Source: Gemmatimonadota bacterium (GTDB lineage: Bacteria; Gemmatimonadota; Gemmatimonadetes; Gemmatimonadales; GWC2-71-9). From it: 64,000 nucleotides of DNA. The notes under the pieces were generated by a model. The model made no database searches and was not told the origin of the DNA. It worked only from the letters and a program-made list of their open reading frames with translations. The stretch is from the NCBI GenBank assembly GCA_036679645.1, contig JAZDCY010000056.1, forward strand, positions 1 through 64,000. Reading direction: 5' to 3'. This document shows, piece by piece, positions 10,657 to 20,396 of this stretch (its first letter is position 1; each line of letters begins with the position of its first letter). A program made the position numbers and the translations under genes.

Positions 10657-12126
10657 TCAGCGCAATGCCTGTCCAACAACGCGCTTCGCAAGGCCCGGCG
10701 CAAACCGCGCCCCGGACCCGAGCTGGTTGACGAGCGCGACCGCCTGCGGGTCCACCGGCGCCGGGTACCGCGCAACAAACTGGGTCAGCGAGAGCGACTG
10801 GTCGAGCGACACGATGGACAGGCGGTACGGCTGCACATTCAGGAAACGCGGGTCGGTGAGCTCACGAAAGCTGCCGGCGAAGGCGCCGGTCGCCACCGCA
10901 TAAGAAGACCACCGACTCGCCTCCGAGTATCCGAGGAGGCGAAACACGTTACCGCCGTACTGCACGAACGCCACATGCCCGCGCAGCGTGCCGTTATCCA
11001 CCGTGGCGCTGAAGTCGCCTCTTACCGCGGTCAAACCGTTGATGCGATCTGGTCCGGCTGACCCGGTCACTCCCTCCGCGGCGAAGAACTCACGCGCTGC
11101 CGCGCTCGGGCCTCCCTCACCCGCGACGGTTAGCTGGAGCACGGCGTTCTCATCCGCGCTGACGCCAATGACCGCATCTCGCCGGTTGAGCGTCGTCCAT
11201 CCCGCGGGGAAGTCGAGCCGGAACGCGAGATCGGGATGAAAGAATGCTTCGCCCCGAAAGAATCCATCACGCGGATCGGCCGCGAACACGAGTCCGTCCA
11301 GGCGGCGCAGGTAGCTGTCGCTGTTGACGACCGTGCCGAGCGAATCTGGCGGAAGCTGAGAAATTGCCGCCTCGATACGTCCCCGCCGGTTCTCGGGGTT
11401 GGGATGGGTTGAGAGCCATTCAGGAGTGCTACCGCCGCCGGACGCCTGGCTCACCAGATCCAGCATCGTGAACACCCCGGGCATCTCTCTAGTGTCGAAC
11501 CCGCCGCGTCGCATGTACCGCAACCCCAGGTCGTCCGCCTGGCGCTCGTCATCGCGTCCGAACCTTAGAAAGAGCAATCCGATCCCCGCGCCCGCCATAC
11601 CGGCGTAGTCAGCCAGCTCGGGCTCGAGCACGGCACCCACGACCAATCCCAGCTGTGCGAGTTGCGCCCGGCTCGCCTGGCTCGCCGAGTGGCGCGCCGT
11701 GACATGCCCAATCTCATGCCCGATGACGGCGGCGAGCTGCGCTTCGGATTTGAAGTGCGCGAGGATACCTCGCGTGATATAGATGAACCCTCCCGGCAAC
11801 GCGAACGCGTTGACGACTGGATCATCGACGACTCGGAACGTCCACGGCAGATTGGGCCGTTCCGATCGGGCGGCAAGGCGAGATCCCAACTGCTGGATAT
11901 AGCTTTGCCATGCCGGATCGTCGTACAGGCCCATCTGCGCAACCACCTGCTGGTCGTACTGCCGGCCCAGTTGGATCTCCTTCGCCTCGCTCATGAGCAT
12001 CAACTGCCGCTCGCCGGTGGCCGGATTCACGGCGCACGCGGCGGTCAGCAGCGTCAGAGCGGCTATCGCGGGCAAAACGGTGCGGGCTCGAAGACGACGT
12101 AGTCGGTGCGCTAACTGTGTGGGCAT
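10657..12126 (-). CDS. M48 family metalloprotease lipoprotein
   Basis: CAVNPATG, NAFALPGG, HEIGH, ERQADDLG, STHP; SD GAGGAG upstream. Confidence 0.9.
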   Translation of the reverse strand: MPTQLAHRLRRLRARTVLPAIAALTLLTAACAVNPATGERQLMLMSEAKEIQLGRQYDQQVVAQMGLYDDPAWQSYIQQLGSRLAARSERPNLPWTFRVVDDPVVNAFALPGGFIYITRGILAHFKSEAQLAAVIGHEIGHVTARHSASQASRAQLAQLGLVVGAVLEPELADYAGMAGAGIGLLFLRFGRDDERQADDLGLRYMRRGGFDTREMPGVFTMLDLVSQASGGGSTPEWLSTHPNPENRRGRIEAAISQLPPDSLGTVVNSDSYLRRLDGLVFAADPRDGFFRGEAFFHPDLAFRLDFPAGWTTLNRRDAVIGVSADENAVLQLTVAGEGGPSAAAREFFAAEGVTGSAGPDRINGLTAVRGDFSATVDNGTLRGHVAFVQYGGNVFRLLGYSEASRWSSYAVATGAFAGSFRELTDPRFLNVQPYRLSIVSLDQSLSLTQFVARYPAPVDPQAVALVNQLGSGARFAPGLAKRVVGQALR

Positions 12127-12240
12127 GGGGCTGACTCCTCTCATGCGATACTACTGGCGTCAAGAAAGGTACCCGGCACGCAGTCGCTCCGGACACGCCT
12201 TCTCCTGACAGAACACACGGCGGTTTCTCCGGGTGCCCCA

Positions 12241-12275
12241 CAAGACAACGGGCGCGGTAAGCATACCCGCACCCG
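12241..12275 (-). terminator. Possible intrinsic terminator of the HEAT operon
   Basis: Minus strand cgggtgcgg...ccgcgcccg stem followed by ttgtcttg. Confidence 0.45.
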
Positions 12276-12296
12276 GTGGACGTGTTACCCCTCACG

Positions 12297-13064
12297 CTAT
12301 CGCCCCAACAGGATCTCCTCGAACAGCGCGATGACCCGCGCGTCGTGCGACTGGCCAAGCCAGAACAACGCCTTCCGACGGATACGAGGATCGTCGTGGG
12401 TGCGTGCGATCTCGATCAACGCGGGCACCCCCTGATCGTCATGCAATTGTGAGAGCGCAAAGACGGCCTGTTCTCGAATCTCGAGATCGGCGTCGTCGTC
12501 ATCGACCAGGTCGGCGAGGTCGTCAGTCGCCGCTTCCCCCGCAGCCTGGCCGAGCCAGAACACCGCGCTCTTCCGCGTGGATCGCCGCAACTCTCTGTTC
12601 CGCGCGAGGTCAAGCAACTCCGGCCAGACCTCGATGCTGTCGGCGATCGTGGCGGGGAAGATCGCCTCCTTCCCGCCACGGCTCCCGGGATCACCTGCCA
12701 GGTCCAGCAGATAGCGAGCCGCCTCCGGTGCGGCAACGGTTCCGACGTCGAGCACGTTGCCGCGTGGAGCGCGCCAGCGACCGCCAACGTACGTGTCGAC
12801 ATCAATCACCTCACCGCCGCGCATCGTGAGCACCACGCGCGCCGGACCCGCCTCGCACCAACTCTCCCAGTCGTCTGTACTGCGATGCGTGGTGATGTTC
12901 CGCCCATTCCCACAGACGCCTGGCCGGGTCGCGAAGCTCATGCGGACTTTGCCGTCGCGCATCTCCGCAGCACGGTCCGCAAGACTCTGTCCCGCGAGGG
13001 TCGGAGACAGGACGGTCGGTAGGATCAGGACCGTCAGGAGGGTCGGGAAAAACGGGCCCCTCAT
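12297..13064 (-). CDS. Secreted HEAT-repeat protein
   Basis: Signal peptide; R(K/E)xA(V/L)F(W/A)L(G/S)Q repeats. Confidence 0.82.
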   Translation of the reverse strand: MRGPFFPTLLTVLILPTVLSPTLAGQSLADRAAEMRDGKVRMSFATRPGVCGNGRNITTHRSTDDWESWCEAGPARVVLTMRGGEVIDVDTYVGGRWRAPRGNVLDVGTVAAPEAARYLLDLAGDPGSRGGKEAIFPATIADSIEVWPELLDLARNRELRRSTRKSAVFWLGQAAGEAATDDLADLVDDDDADLEIREQAVFALSQLHDDQGVPALIEIARTHDDPRIRRKALFWLGQSHDARVIALFEEILLGR

Positions 13065-14548
13065 CGGTTGATGATCTCGAGCAGGAAATCCGCCGCACGC
13101 GGGTCGCGTGACTGACCGAGCCAGAAAATTGCCTTGCCACGCAGTTCACGATTGGTCTCGTTGCGACCGATGTCGATTAGTTTGTCGACCGCCGCACTCT
13201 CGCGTCGCTGTGAGTAGACGAACACGAGGTGCTCCTTCATTTCCAGATCGGTCATGCCGTCGTACAGCCCGACGAGATCGTCGATATTGACCGCGTTCAT
13301 CTGACCGGCCCAGAAGAGGGCATTCTTTCGCACGTCGATCGTCTCGTTCTCGTCGAGCGCAATCGACATGATCCAACGTGCGTTCTCCTCCAGGCTCATC
13401 TGGGAGAGCGAGAAGATGATCTTCTCCTTCAGCTCAGCGTCGTCGGTCGACGCGTAGTACTGACGCAGGTACTCCGCATTCTCTTCCGAACGCCGCTGTC
13501 CCAGCCAGAAGATAATGTTTTCCTTGATCTCACTCGGCGTCGCGTCGCGCTCGAGGTGATCACGCAGCGCGCGGCTAGCCGCCGGACTCCGCTGTTGCGA
13601 GAGCGCGAAGACTGCCTTCTCTTGCAATTCCACGTCGCTCGAATTCTGGAGAATCGAGTCCAGCGCAGCCGTCGCCTCCGCCGTGTTCACTTGCGACAAC
13701 CAGAACACGGCCTGCTCGCGCACTTCCTGATCCGGATCTGAGCGGACGACATTGAGCAGGATGCGCGCCGTTTCCGGTGACCGCTTCTGCGATACGAGGA
13801 ACACCGCCTTGCGGCGCAGACAAAGGGACCCCTCATCGCGGCGCTCGAGCACGCGTTGCAGAATCGGAACGGCTTGATCGGCCCGCATCTGCAGCAGCGC
13901 GTTGAGCGCCAGCAGCCGCTCGTCATCGTCATCGTCACAGTCGTCATCCTGGTAGCGGCGCGCACGAGGACCCAGACGTGCGCGGGGTGCAGGTGCCGCG
14001 CGCGGTGCCTGCCTCGCACGCGGTGCCGGAGAGGCCCGGGGCGCCGGTGGCGCGAGTTGCGCCGCACGTGTGGCAATGCGCTCGGCCGCATCCGCGTCGC
14101 CGCGCTGCGCCAACCGACCCCGGATGCGCGCACGCAGGTCCCGCGCGTCGCGCGTCGTTTGCGCATCGGGATAGCGCTCGAGCTGTCCCTCTAGCAACAC
14201 CAGCGCCTGCTTGAGTTGCCCGCTCGTGTCCAGCCGAAACCGCGCGAACGCCTCCCAATAGTGCGCGTCCGCCACGTACCCGGACTCCGCATAGCGCTGC
14301 CGGATTTGCCGGAAGTACCGCGCCGCCGCGCGGTAGTCGCCGTCGTTCAACGCCCGCCGGCCCTCTCGATACAACGAGTCGGCTGGATCCTGCTGTAGCC
14401 AGGGCGCGGGCGCGCTCACCGCCAAATCGGGTTGTGGAGCCGCGGTAGGGCTTCGGCTGAGCTGTCCGGCTAACGGCTGCACGAGCGCCATGAGGGCCAT
14501 GAGGGCCATGAGGGCCACGCCAACCAGAGATACGGTCATGGTTTTCAT
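13061..14548 (-). CDS. Secreted protein with a TPR-like (BamD/YfiO-type) N-terminus and HEAT repeats
   Basis: LYREGRRALNDGDYRAAA TPR-like segment, Pro/Ala/Arg linker, about 8 xxxA(V/I)FWLSQ-like repeats. Confidence 0.82.
   Translation of the reverse strand: MKTMTVSLVGVALMALMALMALVQPLAGQLSRSPTAAPQPDLAVSAPAPWLQQDPADSLYREGRRALNDGDYRAAARYFRQIRQRYAESGYVADAHYWEAFARFRLDTSGQLKQALVLLEGQLERYPDAQTTRDARDLRARIRGRLAQRGDADAAERIATRAAQLAPPAPRASPAPRARQAPRAAPAPRARLGPRARRYQDDDCDDDDDERLLALNALLQMRADQAVPILQRVLERRDEGSLCLRRKAVFLVSQKRSPETARILLNVVRSDPDQEVREQAVFWLSQVNTAEATAALDSILQNSSDVELQEKAVFALSQQRSPAASRALRDHLERDATPSEIKENIIFWLGQRRSEENAEYLRQYYASTDDAELKEKIIFSLSQMSLEENARWIMSIALDENETIDVRKNALFWAGQMNAVNIDDLVGLYDGMTDLEMKEHLVFVYSQRRESAAVDKLIDIGRNETNRELRGKAIFWLGQSRDPRAADFLLEIINR
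14487..14517. repeat. In-frame 9-bp tandem repeat (gccatgagg x3) in a signal peptide
   Basis: Encodes ALMALMALMAL. Confidence 0.85.
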
Positions 14549-15198
14549 TAGAGTGCTCCCTGCGCTGATACCTGCGGCGGCCCGGCGGGAATCGCCGAGC
14601 GCAGCTTCAGCAGGACACCGCGCTGTTCTATGCCTTGATCGATGAATTCGAGGTCGCCCGGGCGATCATCCGAGAACTGTGCGATCTGCGCCAGGATCAG
14701 CTCGACGTCGTCGAGCAACGTCTTGAGAGCCAGATCCCGTGCGATGGGCGAGTCCTGGAGAATACGTGTCTGAAACAGCAGGCGCCGCGCAGGCGGCAGG
14801 TAGTCGGCCTCGGTCAACCTACCGGTTCCAGCTTCCGCTCGAAACACGGTCAAGAACGTCTCGACGTTGCTGAGGTGTTCGCTGGCGACCACCCGATACG
14901 CGACCTGACTCTCGGAAGCCAGCTCAACGTCTGGCGTCCCACCCACAACCATCTCCACGTGCTCGCCGCCCGGTGCGCTAAACCGTCCAATAGCGACCCC
15001 TGCCACTAGTACAGCGGCCGCGGCCGCCGCAACTCGCCACACGGGGAAGTGGATCACGGCCGCCTTGCGGCGCCGGGTAGCCTCACCGCGACGCTCCACC
15101 TCTATCCGCGCCCACATTTCCTCTCTGGGCGTCTCTGGCGGCGCGTGGTATCCCGCCGCCATCTCACGCAGTGCCTGTTCCATCTGTTCCTCGTTCAT
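14548..15198 (-). CDS. Putative membrane anti-sigma factor
   Basis: PPETPREEMWARIE, one TM helix; ATGA overlap with the ECF sigma stop. Confidence 0.7.
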   Translation of the reverse strand: MNEEQMEQALREMAAGYHAPPETPREEMWARIEVERRGEATRRRKAAVIHFPVWRVAAAAAAVLVAGVAIGRFSAPGGEHVEMVVGGTPDVELASESQVAYRVVASEHLSNVETFLTVFRAEAGTGRLTEADYLPPARRLLFQTRILQDSPIARDLALKTLLDDVELILAQIAQFSDDRPGDLEFIDQGIEQRGVLLKLRSAIPAGPPQVSAQGAL

Positions 15199-15755
15199 AC
15201 GGCCCACTCCCCGGCGAACGCCGCCAGTGCGTCGCGGAGTTTGGCCCGCGCGCGGAAGAGTTGTGCCTTGGATGTACCGGTCTTCGTGCCGAGCGCGGCG
15301 CCGATTTCCTCGTGGGTGTAGCCCTCCACGTCGTGCATGACGAACACCATCCGATACTTGTCCGGGAGGCTGTCGATCGCCTCCGTCAACTTCTCTTTGA
15401 GATCCGGGTTCGCGCGCCGTTCCGACGTCGCCATCCGGTCGGCAACCTCGATGTCTGTTTCCCGCGAGCGAAAACGCTTCACCTTGCGTAGTTGGTTCAG
15501 AACGACCGAGGTGGCAATGGCATGCAACCACGTGCTGAACGCCGCCTCGCCGCGGAAATCCGGGAGCCGGTCGAACGCTCGGATGAACGTGTCCTGGGTA
15601 CAATCTTGCGCCAGGTCGTCCTCACCGGTCATGCGGTACGCCAACCGGTACACCCGGTCCACATGACCGTCGTACAGCGCCCGTTCGGCCGTGGGGTCCC
15701 CGTCGATTGCTCGTCGTATCAGCTGTCGTTCGTCCACTGGCCTCCGGGGGCCCAT
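15195..15755 (-). CDS. ECF RNA polymerase sigma factor
   Basis: AQDCTQDTFIRAF..FRGEAAFSTWLH; VFVMHDVEGYTHEEIG..GTSKAQLFRAR. Confidence 0.93.
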   Translation of the reverse strand: MGPRRPVDERQLIRRAIDGDPTAERALYDGHVDRVYRLAYRMTGEDDLAQDCTQDTFIRAFDRLPDFRGEAAFSTWLHAIATSVVLNQLRKVKRFRSRETDIEVADRMATSERRANPDLKEKLTEAIDSLPDKYRMVFVMHDVEGYTHEEIGAALGTKTGTSKAQLFRARAKLRDALAAFAGEWAV

Positions 15756-15775
15756 GCTCTCGGTTCTACTTCTCG

Positions 15776-15802
15776 GACACGGTGTGGCGGGAAAGGGTTA
15801 CA
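15776..15802 (-). promoter_or_regulatory. Putative autoregulatory ECF promoter
   Basis: Minus strand TGTAACC-N16-TGTC upstream of the sigma gene. Confidence 0.55.
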
Positions 15803-15881
15803 CGGAAGGGCGGGAAGGCCGCGATGCGCTCGAGCCTCCCACCTGGCTGCGCTGCGACTCGGGCAGACGACAGGCGGGCTA

Positions 15882-18152
15882 TCAGCCGCGAACTGACCCC
15901 ATCCTGCGGATCATCTGCTCGTCGGCATCGGGACCGAGTATCTGACGCAACGCCTCCTCCAAAATCTCGTCGCGGCCCTCGCGGATGCCCTCGATCGTGG
16001 GCGTGGCGACAACATCCGGCACGATGCCCACCCGCTGGGTCGGTGTCTTATCGGGATAGAACACGCCGATGCCGCTGATCATCGTCCGGATGCCCCCGGG
16101 GAGCGGAATCTGGGATACGTTGCCGTCGGCGCCCGCCGTTGTGCTACCGACCACGATCGCTCGAGGTCCGGCCCGCAGTGCCATCGCAGTGTACTCGGCT
16201 TGACTGATCGAAACCTCGTCCACCAGGATCACCACCTTGCCTGTGTAGGCTGGCGATTGCGGCTGAAGCACGAGCGGCTGCGTCCATGTGAAGGCGCCGG
16301 GACTGTGCACGCTGCCGACAGTGAACCGCACGAAGGGTGTGGGCTCGTCGATCAGGCGCGTGCCTAGCGCAAAGACCACGAACTCGGACGGGTAGTTACG
16401 GATGTCGATCACCAGACCACGCGTCCCAGCCGCCCGCTCGAGATACCCATCGATGTCCTGGAAGCGAATGCTCGACAGCTTGATGTACGCCACATCGTCG
16501 GATAGGAACTGGAACGTATCGCCGGGCCGATCGTGGGTGGTCGACCTTCGGCTGCCACCGACTGTGCGGGCGGCCGTTGTCGTTTGCGCCTGGCCGCGCC
16601 GATAGATCGTGAGCGTGCTCTCGCTGCACGGCCCACGCGGCAGGAAGCGAGCGATATCCCGCAGGCGGGTCGTCTGGTTCGACGCCGCATAGTATGGTGA
16701 CCATGCCGCGATCAGCGAATCGATTGGCTGTGCGTCGATCGCCTCGATGACATCGCCGATCTCGAGCCCCGAGGCCGTTCCCGCTAGCGTGTCGGCAAAG
16801 GCGGTGACCGTCACTCGATGCTCTATCAAGCGGAATTCGACCGGCAAAGAGCACGTCCCCCGCGGTGGCCGAACCTCGAGTTCCGACCAGAGATTAGCGT
16901 GCGTGTCGCGCACGCGCGCGACTAACATCAGCAACTCGAGCCGGTAAGCGTCCCAGTCGGTAGCAGCAACGAAACGCGTGAGGGTCTCCGAGAGCACGGC
17001 CTGCCAATCGTCGTCTATCTGATCGCGGTAGGGGAACCAGTACTCGATGATGTTCCAGTATCTGAGCAGCGCCAGGATGCGATAGCCGGCGTCGGGAGGG
17101 CGTTGGCCCGCGTACGGAAGTTCCCGCTGAAATACCGGATTGCCGACACCACGAGCATGCGATAGGTAGAAGTGCTCGTCACCGGCGAAGCGGCGCGTGT
17201 AGATGTCCTGCAACTGACGCGACAGTGTTGCGCCCAGCAGCTCTTCGTCCCGTATCCAGGCAAGCCGCGGGACGAGGTGTGTCTCGTCCGGGACCTGGGC
17301 ACAGGGATCGCAACTCTCGGGCACGCCAAGGTCGTACACCCACTGCGACAGCGTGCGATGGAGCGCGTCGCGGTCTGGCGCGTCCAGTACGTTCGGCAAC
17401 ACGCGGAACAGCTCGAAGTCCCAGTGCAGTTCACCCGCTGTAACCCGCGGATGATGGTACTTCAGAAAGCCCCAGACCATCCCGAGCACGGCGACCTGCT
17501 CGACCTGTGTGGGGGTGAGTGCTGAGACCGCAATGCCGGAGCCCTCAGCAAACTCTTGATCGGTGTCCAGGATCGTCGTGATGCGCTCCCGCCTGGGCGC
17601 CTCACTGATCGGCCTGCCGTCGACCAAGAGCTGCAGGTCGTCCGCCCAGACTGTTCCCTCACCCACGACCAGCACTCCGAATACGAGCCCTCGCGCGTTC
17701 CCGTCGAGCGGGAGCCTGATCGTGTACTCGGTCCAGTCGGTGGTGCCCTTGGGACCTCGGTCGCTCATGTTGTCGAATTGGACGGATCCGCTCTCGCCGT
17801 CCTCCCGGAGCCACAGTCCGGCATACCCGGTGACGTCCTCGGTGCGCAGAAACCCGCGCAGCTCGACCCACTGGCCGTCGAACTGGATCGGTAGTCCCTT
17901 CGTGATCGTCGTGAAGGTGCGGGCACTCCGCGCATCACGTTGAAGTCGGGCTGCACCGGTGCCGCTGTGCACGACGGTGCTGTCGAAGTGGATGGTTCCG
18001 GGTGGGCCGCCGCCCCAGCCGCTGAGGGTCTCGCCTTCCGGCTGCCGTTCGAAGCGCAGGATGGAATCGAGATCCCCGTTTTGGGCAAGCGCCGAAGAGC
18101 CGGCGAAGGCCTGCAGTGTCAGTATCACGAGAGGGATGATGGAGCGTTTCAT
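15882..18152 (-). CDS. S41 family peptidase with an N-terminal carbohydrate-binding-like domain
   Basis: WGFLKYHHP, VIDIRNYP, SISQAEY, GSTTAGADGNV, QRVGIVPD. Confidence 0.88.
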   Translation of the reverse strand: MKRSIIPLVILTLQAFAGSSALAQNGDLDSILRFERQPEGETLSGWGGGPPGTIHFDSTVVHSGTGAARLQRDARSARTFTTITKGLPIQFDGQWVELRGFLRTEDVTGYAGLWLREDGESGSVQFDNMSDRGPKGTTDWTEYTIRLPLDGNARGLVFGVLVVGEGTVWADDLQLLVDGRPISEAPRRERITTILDTDQEFAEGSGIAVSALTPTQVEQVAVLGMVWGFLKYHHPRVTAGELHWDFELFRVLPNVLDAPDRDALHRTLSQWVYDLGVPESCDPCAQVPDETHLVPRLAWIRDEELLGATLSRQLQDIYTRRFAGDEHFYLSHARGVGNPVFQRELPYAGQRPPDAGYRILALLRYWNIIEYWFPYRDQIDDDWQAVLSETLTRFVAATDWDAYRLELLMLVARVRDTHANLWSELEVRPPRGTCSLPVEFRLIEHRVTVTAFADTLAGTASGLEIGDVIEAIDAQPIDSLIAAWSPYYAASNQTTRLRDIARFLPRGPCSESTLTIYRRGQAQTTTAARTVGGSRRSTTHDRPGDTFQFLSDDVAYIKLSSIRFQDIDGYLERAAGTRGLVIDIRNYPSEFVVFALGTRLIDEPTPFVRFTVGSVHSPGAFTWTQPLVLQPQSPAYTGKVVILVDEVSISQAEYTAMALRAGPRAIVVGSTTAGADGNVSQIPLPGGIRTMISGIGVFYPDKTPTQRVGIVPDVVATPTIEGIREGRDEILEEALRQILGPDADEQMIRRMGSVRG

Positions 18153-18287
18153 ATAACGCGCCTCATGAGGAATGGCTTGGTGCAGGAATCAAGCGCGCAC
18201 GACTGCCTCTAGGGCGTTTCACAACGTGCCATCGAGCCTGCCGCGAATGTAGTACCGCGGGCTGGCAAACGATCGACTCCTCGAACG

Positions 18288-19301
18288 TTATTCGCAGAAG
18301 CGTGCGTCCGGACGACTGGCGCACGTCCGCCACTCACGGAACTCGAACCACTGCTGCCAGTAGTCGAACACCCGCTTCCGCCAAAACAACCCCGCCATCG
18401 GCAGCAGAGCGGTTGACGACTCCTCTCCGGGCCGAGTGAAGATGACCTCCCCGCCGGCGATTTCGGCAGGTGCCGGAGTGTTGAACTGCCAGCGCACGCG
18501 CTCGAGCGCCCCGTGCCCATCGAGGATGAGATGACCCTGAATACTCGGCTTCGACGTGTCTCGCGGGCAGAAGACGATCTCCCGCGACGCTCCCGAGGCC
18601 CAGGCGAGGTTGTGCAGCCGGCCGAAGAGCGTGTCGACGAAATGCGCAGCGTACAACGATTCCAAGTACGGGTACTCCCAGAGATCGTAGCGGGCCAACC
18701 GAAGTCCTTCGTACGGAATCGCGTATCCGCGCTCCGCGATGAGCCGGCTCGCGAGTTCGAAGTATGCCCGACCCGCACCGATCTCACTGGCGGTCAGTCT
18801 GGCGGTGTCGACGAGCCCAAGCTGCTCCGGGCGGACGATCGCTACACTCACCAAGGGCTCCGCCCAGTGCGCTAACGCCCGATCCCGCGAGTACCGCTCG
18901 GCGAGCGCAACCCACACGGCACGGGCAGTGGGGTCCTCCGGCCTCGGGCAGAGCCGCCCCGCCAAGACGGAAATCGGGCGCATCACCTCCGCGAATCGCG
19001 TGAGACGAACCTCGATGCGGCCGTGGGAAACCGCCACTCGCGCGGGAGAGTACCCGATGCGGCGAATCAGGAGGGTGAGAGATGGTACGGGGCCGATCGC
19101 GGCGAAGGCGAACTCGCCTCGCGCGTCCGTCAGTTGACCTGCGAGACGCCGCTCCACCGACCAGAGCTCGACGAGCGCGTCAGGGAGGGGTACGCCGGTC
19201 GGGTCTGTGACCACACCACGTACTTGCGCGAGAGCGGGATCGATACTCGCCGCCCCCAGCAACAGGAGACAGGCGAAAGAACGCACCAATATGATCGTCA
19301 T
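18288..19301 (-). CDS. Secreted protein with a carboxypeptidase-regulatory-like domain
   Basis: Signal peptide, then VRGVVTDPTGVPLPDALVEL..TDARGEF..RRIGY. Confidence 0.7.
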   Translation of the reverse strand: MTIILVRSFACLLLLGAASIDPALAQVRGVVTDPTGVPLPDALVELWSVERRLAGQLTDARGEFAFAAIGPVPSLTLLIRRIGYSPARVAVSHGRIEVRLTRFAEVMRPISVLAGRLCPRPEDPTARAVWVALAERYSRDRALAHWAEPLVSVAIVRPEQLGLVDTARLTASEIGAGRAYFELASRLIAERGYAIPYEGLRLARYDLWEYPYLESLYAAHFVDTLFGRLHNLAWASGASREIVFCPRDTSKPSIQGHLILDGHGALERVRWQFNTPAPAEIAGGEVIFTRPGEESSTALLPMAGLFWRKRVFDYWQQWFEFREWRTCASRPDARFCE

Positions 19302-19439
19302 CGCCCGAGCACCGGAAACGTCACGAACGCGGCACCTCCTCCGGGGCCACACAGGAAAACGTACCACAGGGCGCGTCGCGCCCAGGGGAAAACCCGCGTA
19401 CACGGCACTGCGACTTCCGGAACGCCGAGGCGCGGCACG

Positions 19440-20267
19440 TCAGAGCCCGAGACCAAGCTTCCCAATTACTCCTCGGACAATGATTTCGAGGTCACGAGCC
19501 ACTGCCTCACCCGCCTCAACGACCCCTTCGTGACGAAGGGGTTCCGCCGACATGCCGGCGGCGCGGTTGCTGATTGTGGAAATCCCCAGAACCCGCATCC
19601 CGCGCGCGCGGGCGACGACAACCTCCGGCACCGTGGACATTCCCACAGCATCAGCCCCCAGCCGCTCGAGCATACGGACCTCGGCCGGCGTCTCGTAACT
19701 CGGGCCTAAGACCGCCGCGTAAACCCCCTCCTCGAGAGCAATGCCTTCCTCCAGCGCAATACGCTGCGCCATGGTGCGGAGCATGGGATCGTAGGGCAAA
19801 GACATGTCGGGGAATCGATCTTCAGCCGACCAGACTGGTCCCGACAGGGGGGAGCGAAACATGAAGTTGAGGTGATCCACAATGAGCATCAGCGCCGGAG
19901 GCTCAAACGTCCTGTTGATGCCACCGGCGGCATTCGTGACAATGACCGTCTCGATGCCGAGCTCGGCGAAGGCACGCGCCGGCAACACCACGTCTTCGGG
20001 ATCGTGTCCCTCGTACAGGTGGAGCCGCCCCTTCTGAAGCAGCACCGGAACGTCGTCGATGCGCCCGACAATGAACTCGCCGGCATGGCCGTGCACCGTG
20101 GCCTCTGGCATATCGGGGATGTCGGCGTACGGGATGACGACCGGATCTTCCACCACATCGGCGAGGCCGCCGAGCCCGGACCCGAGCACGATGGCAACGC
20201 GCGGAGCCACGTCCCCCGCGCGCTCGGCAACGACCCTGGCCGAATTCCGCGCGCTGTTCCTAGCCAT
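19440..20267 (-). CDS. punA: Purine-nucleoside phosphorylase (trimeric type)
   Basis: IVLGSGLG, GRLHLYEG, TNAAGGIN, GPSYETPAE, VGMSTVPE. Confidence 0.93.
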   Translation of the reverse strand: MARNSARNSARVVAERAGDVAPRVAIVLGSGLGGLADVVEDPVVIPYADIPDMPEATVHGHAGEFIVGRIDDVPVLLQKGRLHLYEGHDPEDVVLPARAFAELGIETVIVTNAAGGINRTFEPPALMLIVDHLNFMFRSPLSGPVWSAEDRFPDMSLPYDPMLRTMAQRIALEEGIALEEGVYAAVLGPSYETPAEVRMLERLGADAVGMSTVPEVVVARARGMRVLGISTISNRAAGMSAEPLRHEGVVEAGEAVARDLEIIVRGVIGKLGLGL

Positions 20268-20321
20268 TGCGTTTCCCCATCACACCTCCCTGGAGACCCC
20301 GGGAGGCGCCCCCTTCCTCGA

Positions 20322-20347
20322 CAACCCCGGGCTTACGCCCGGGGTTG
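20322..20347. repeat. REP-like perfect hairpin
   Basis: caaccccgggc-ttac-gcccggggttg: 11-bp stem, intergenic. Confidence 0.7.
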
Positions 20348-20396
20348 GGGGAGCACCCTGGCATCGGGCGCAGGGCGCACCGCTTACCGCGCACTC

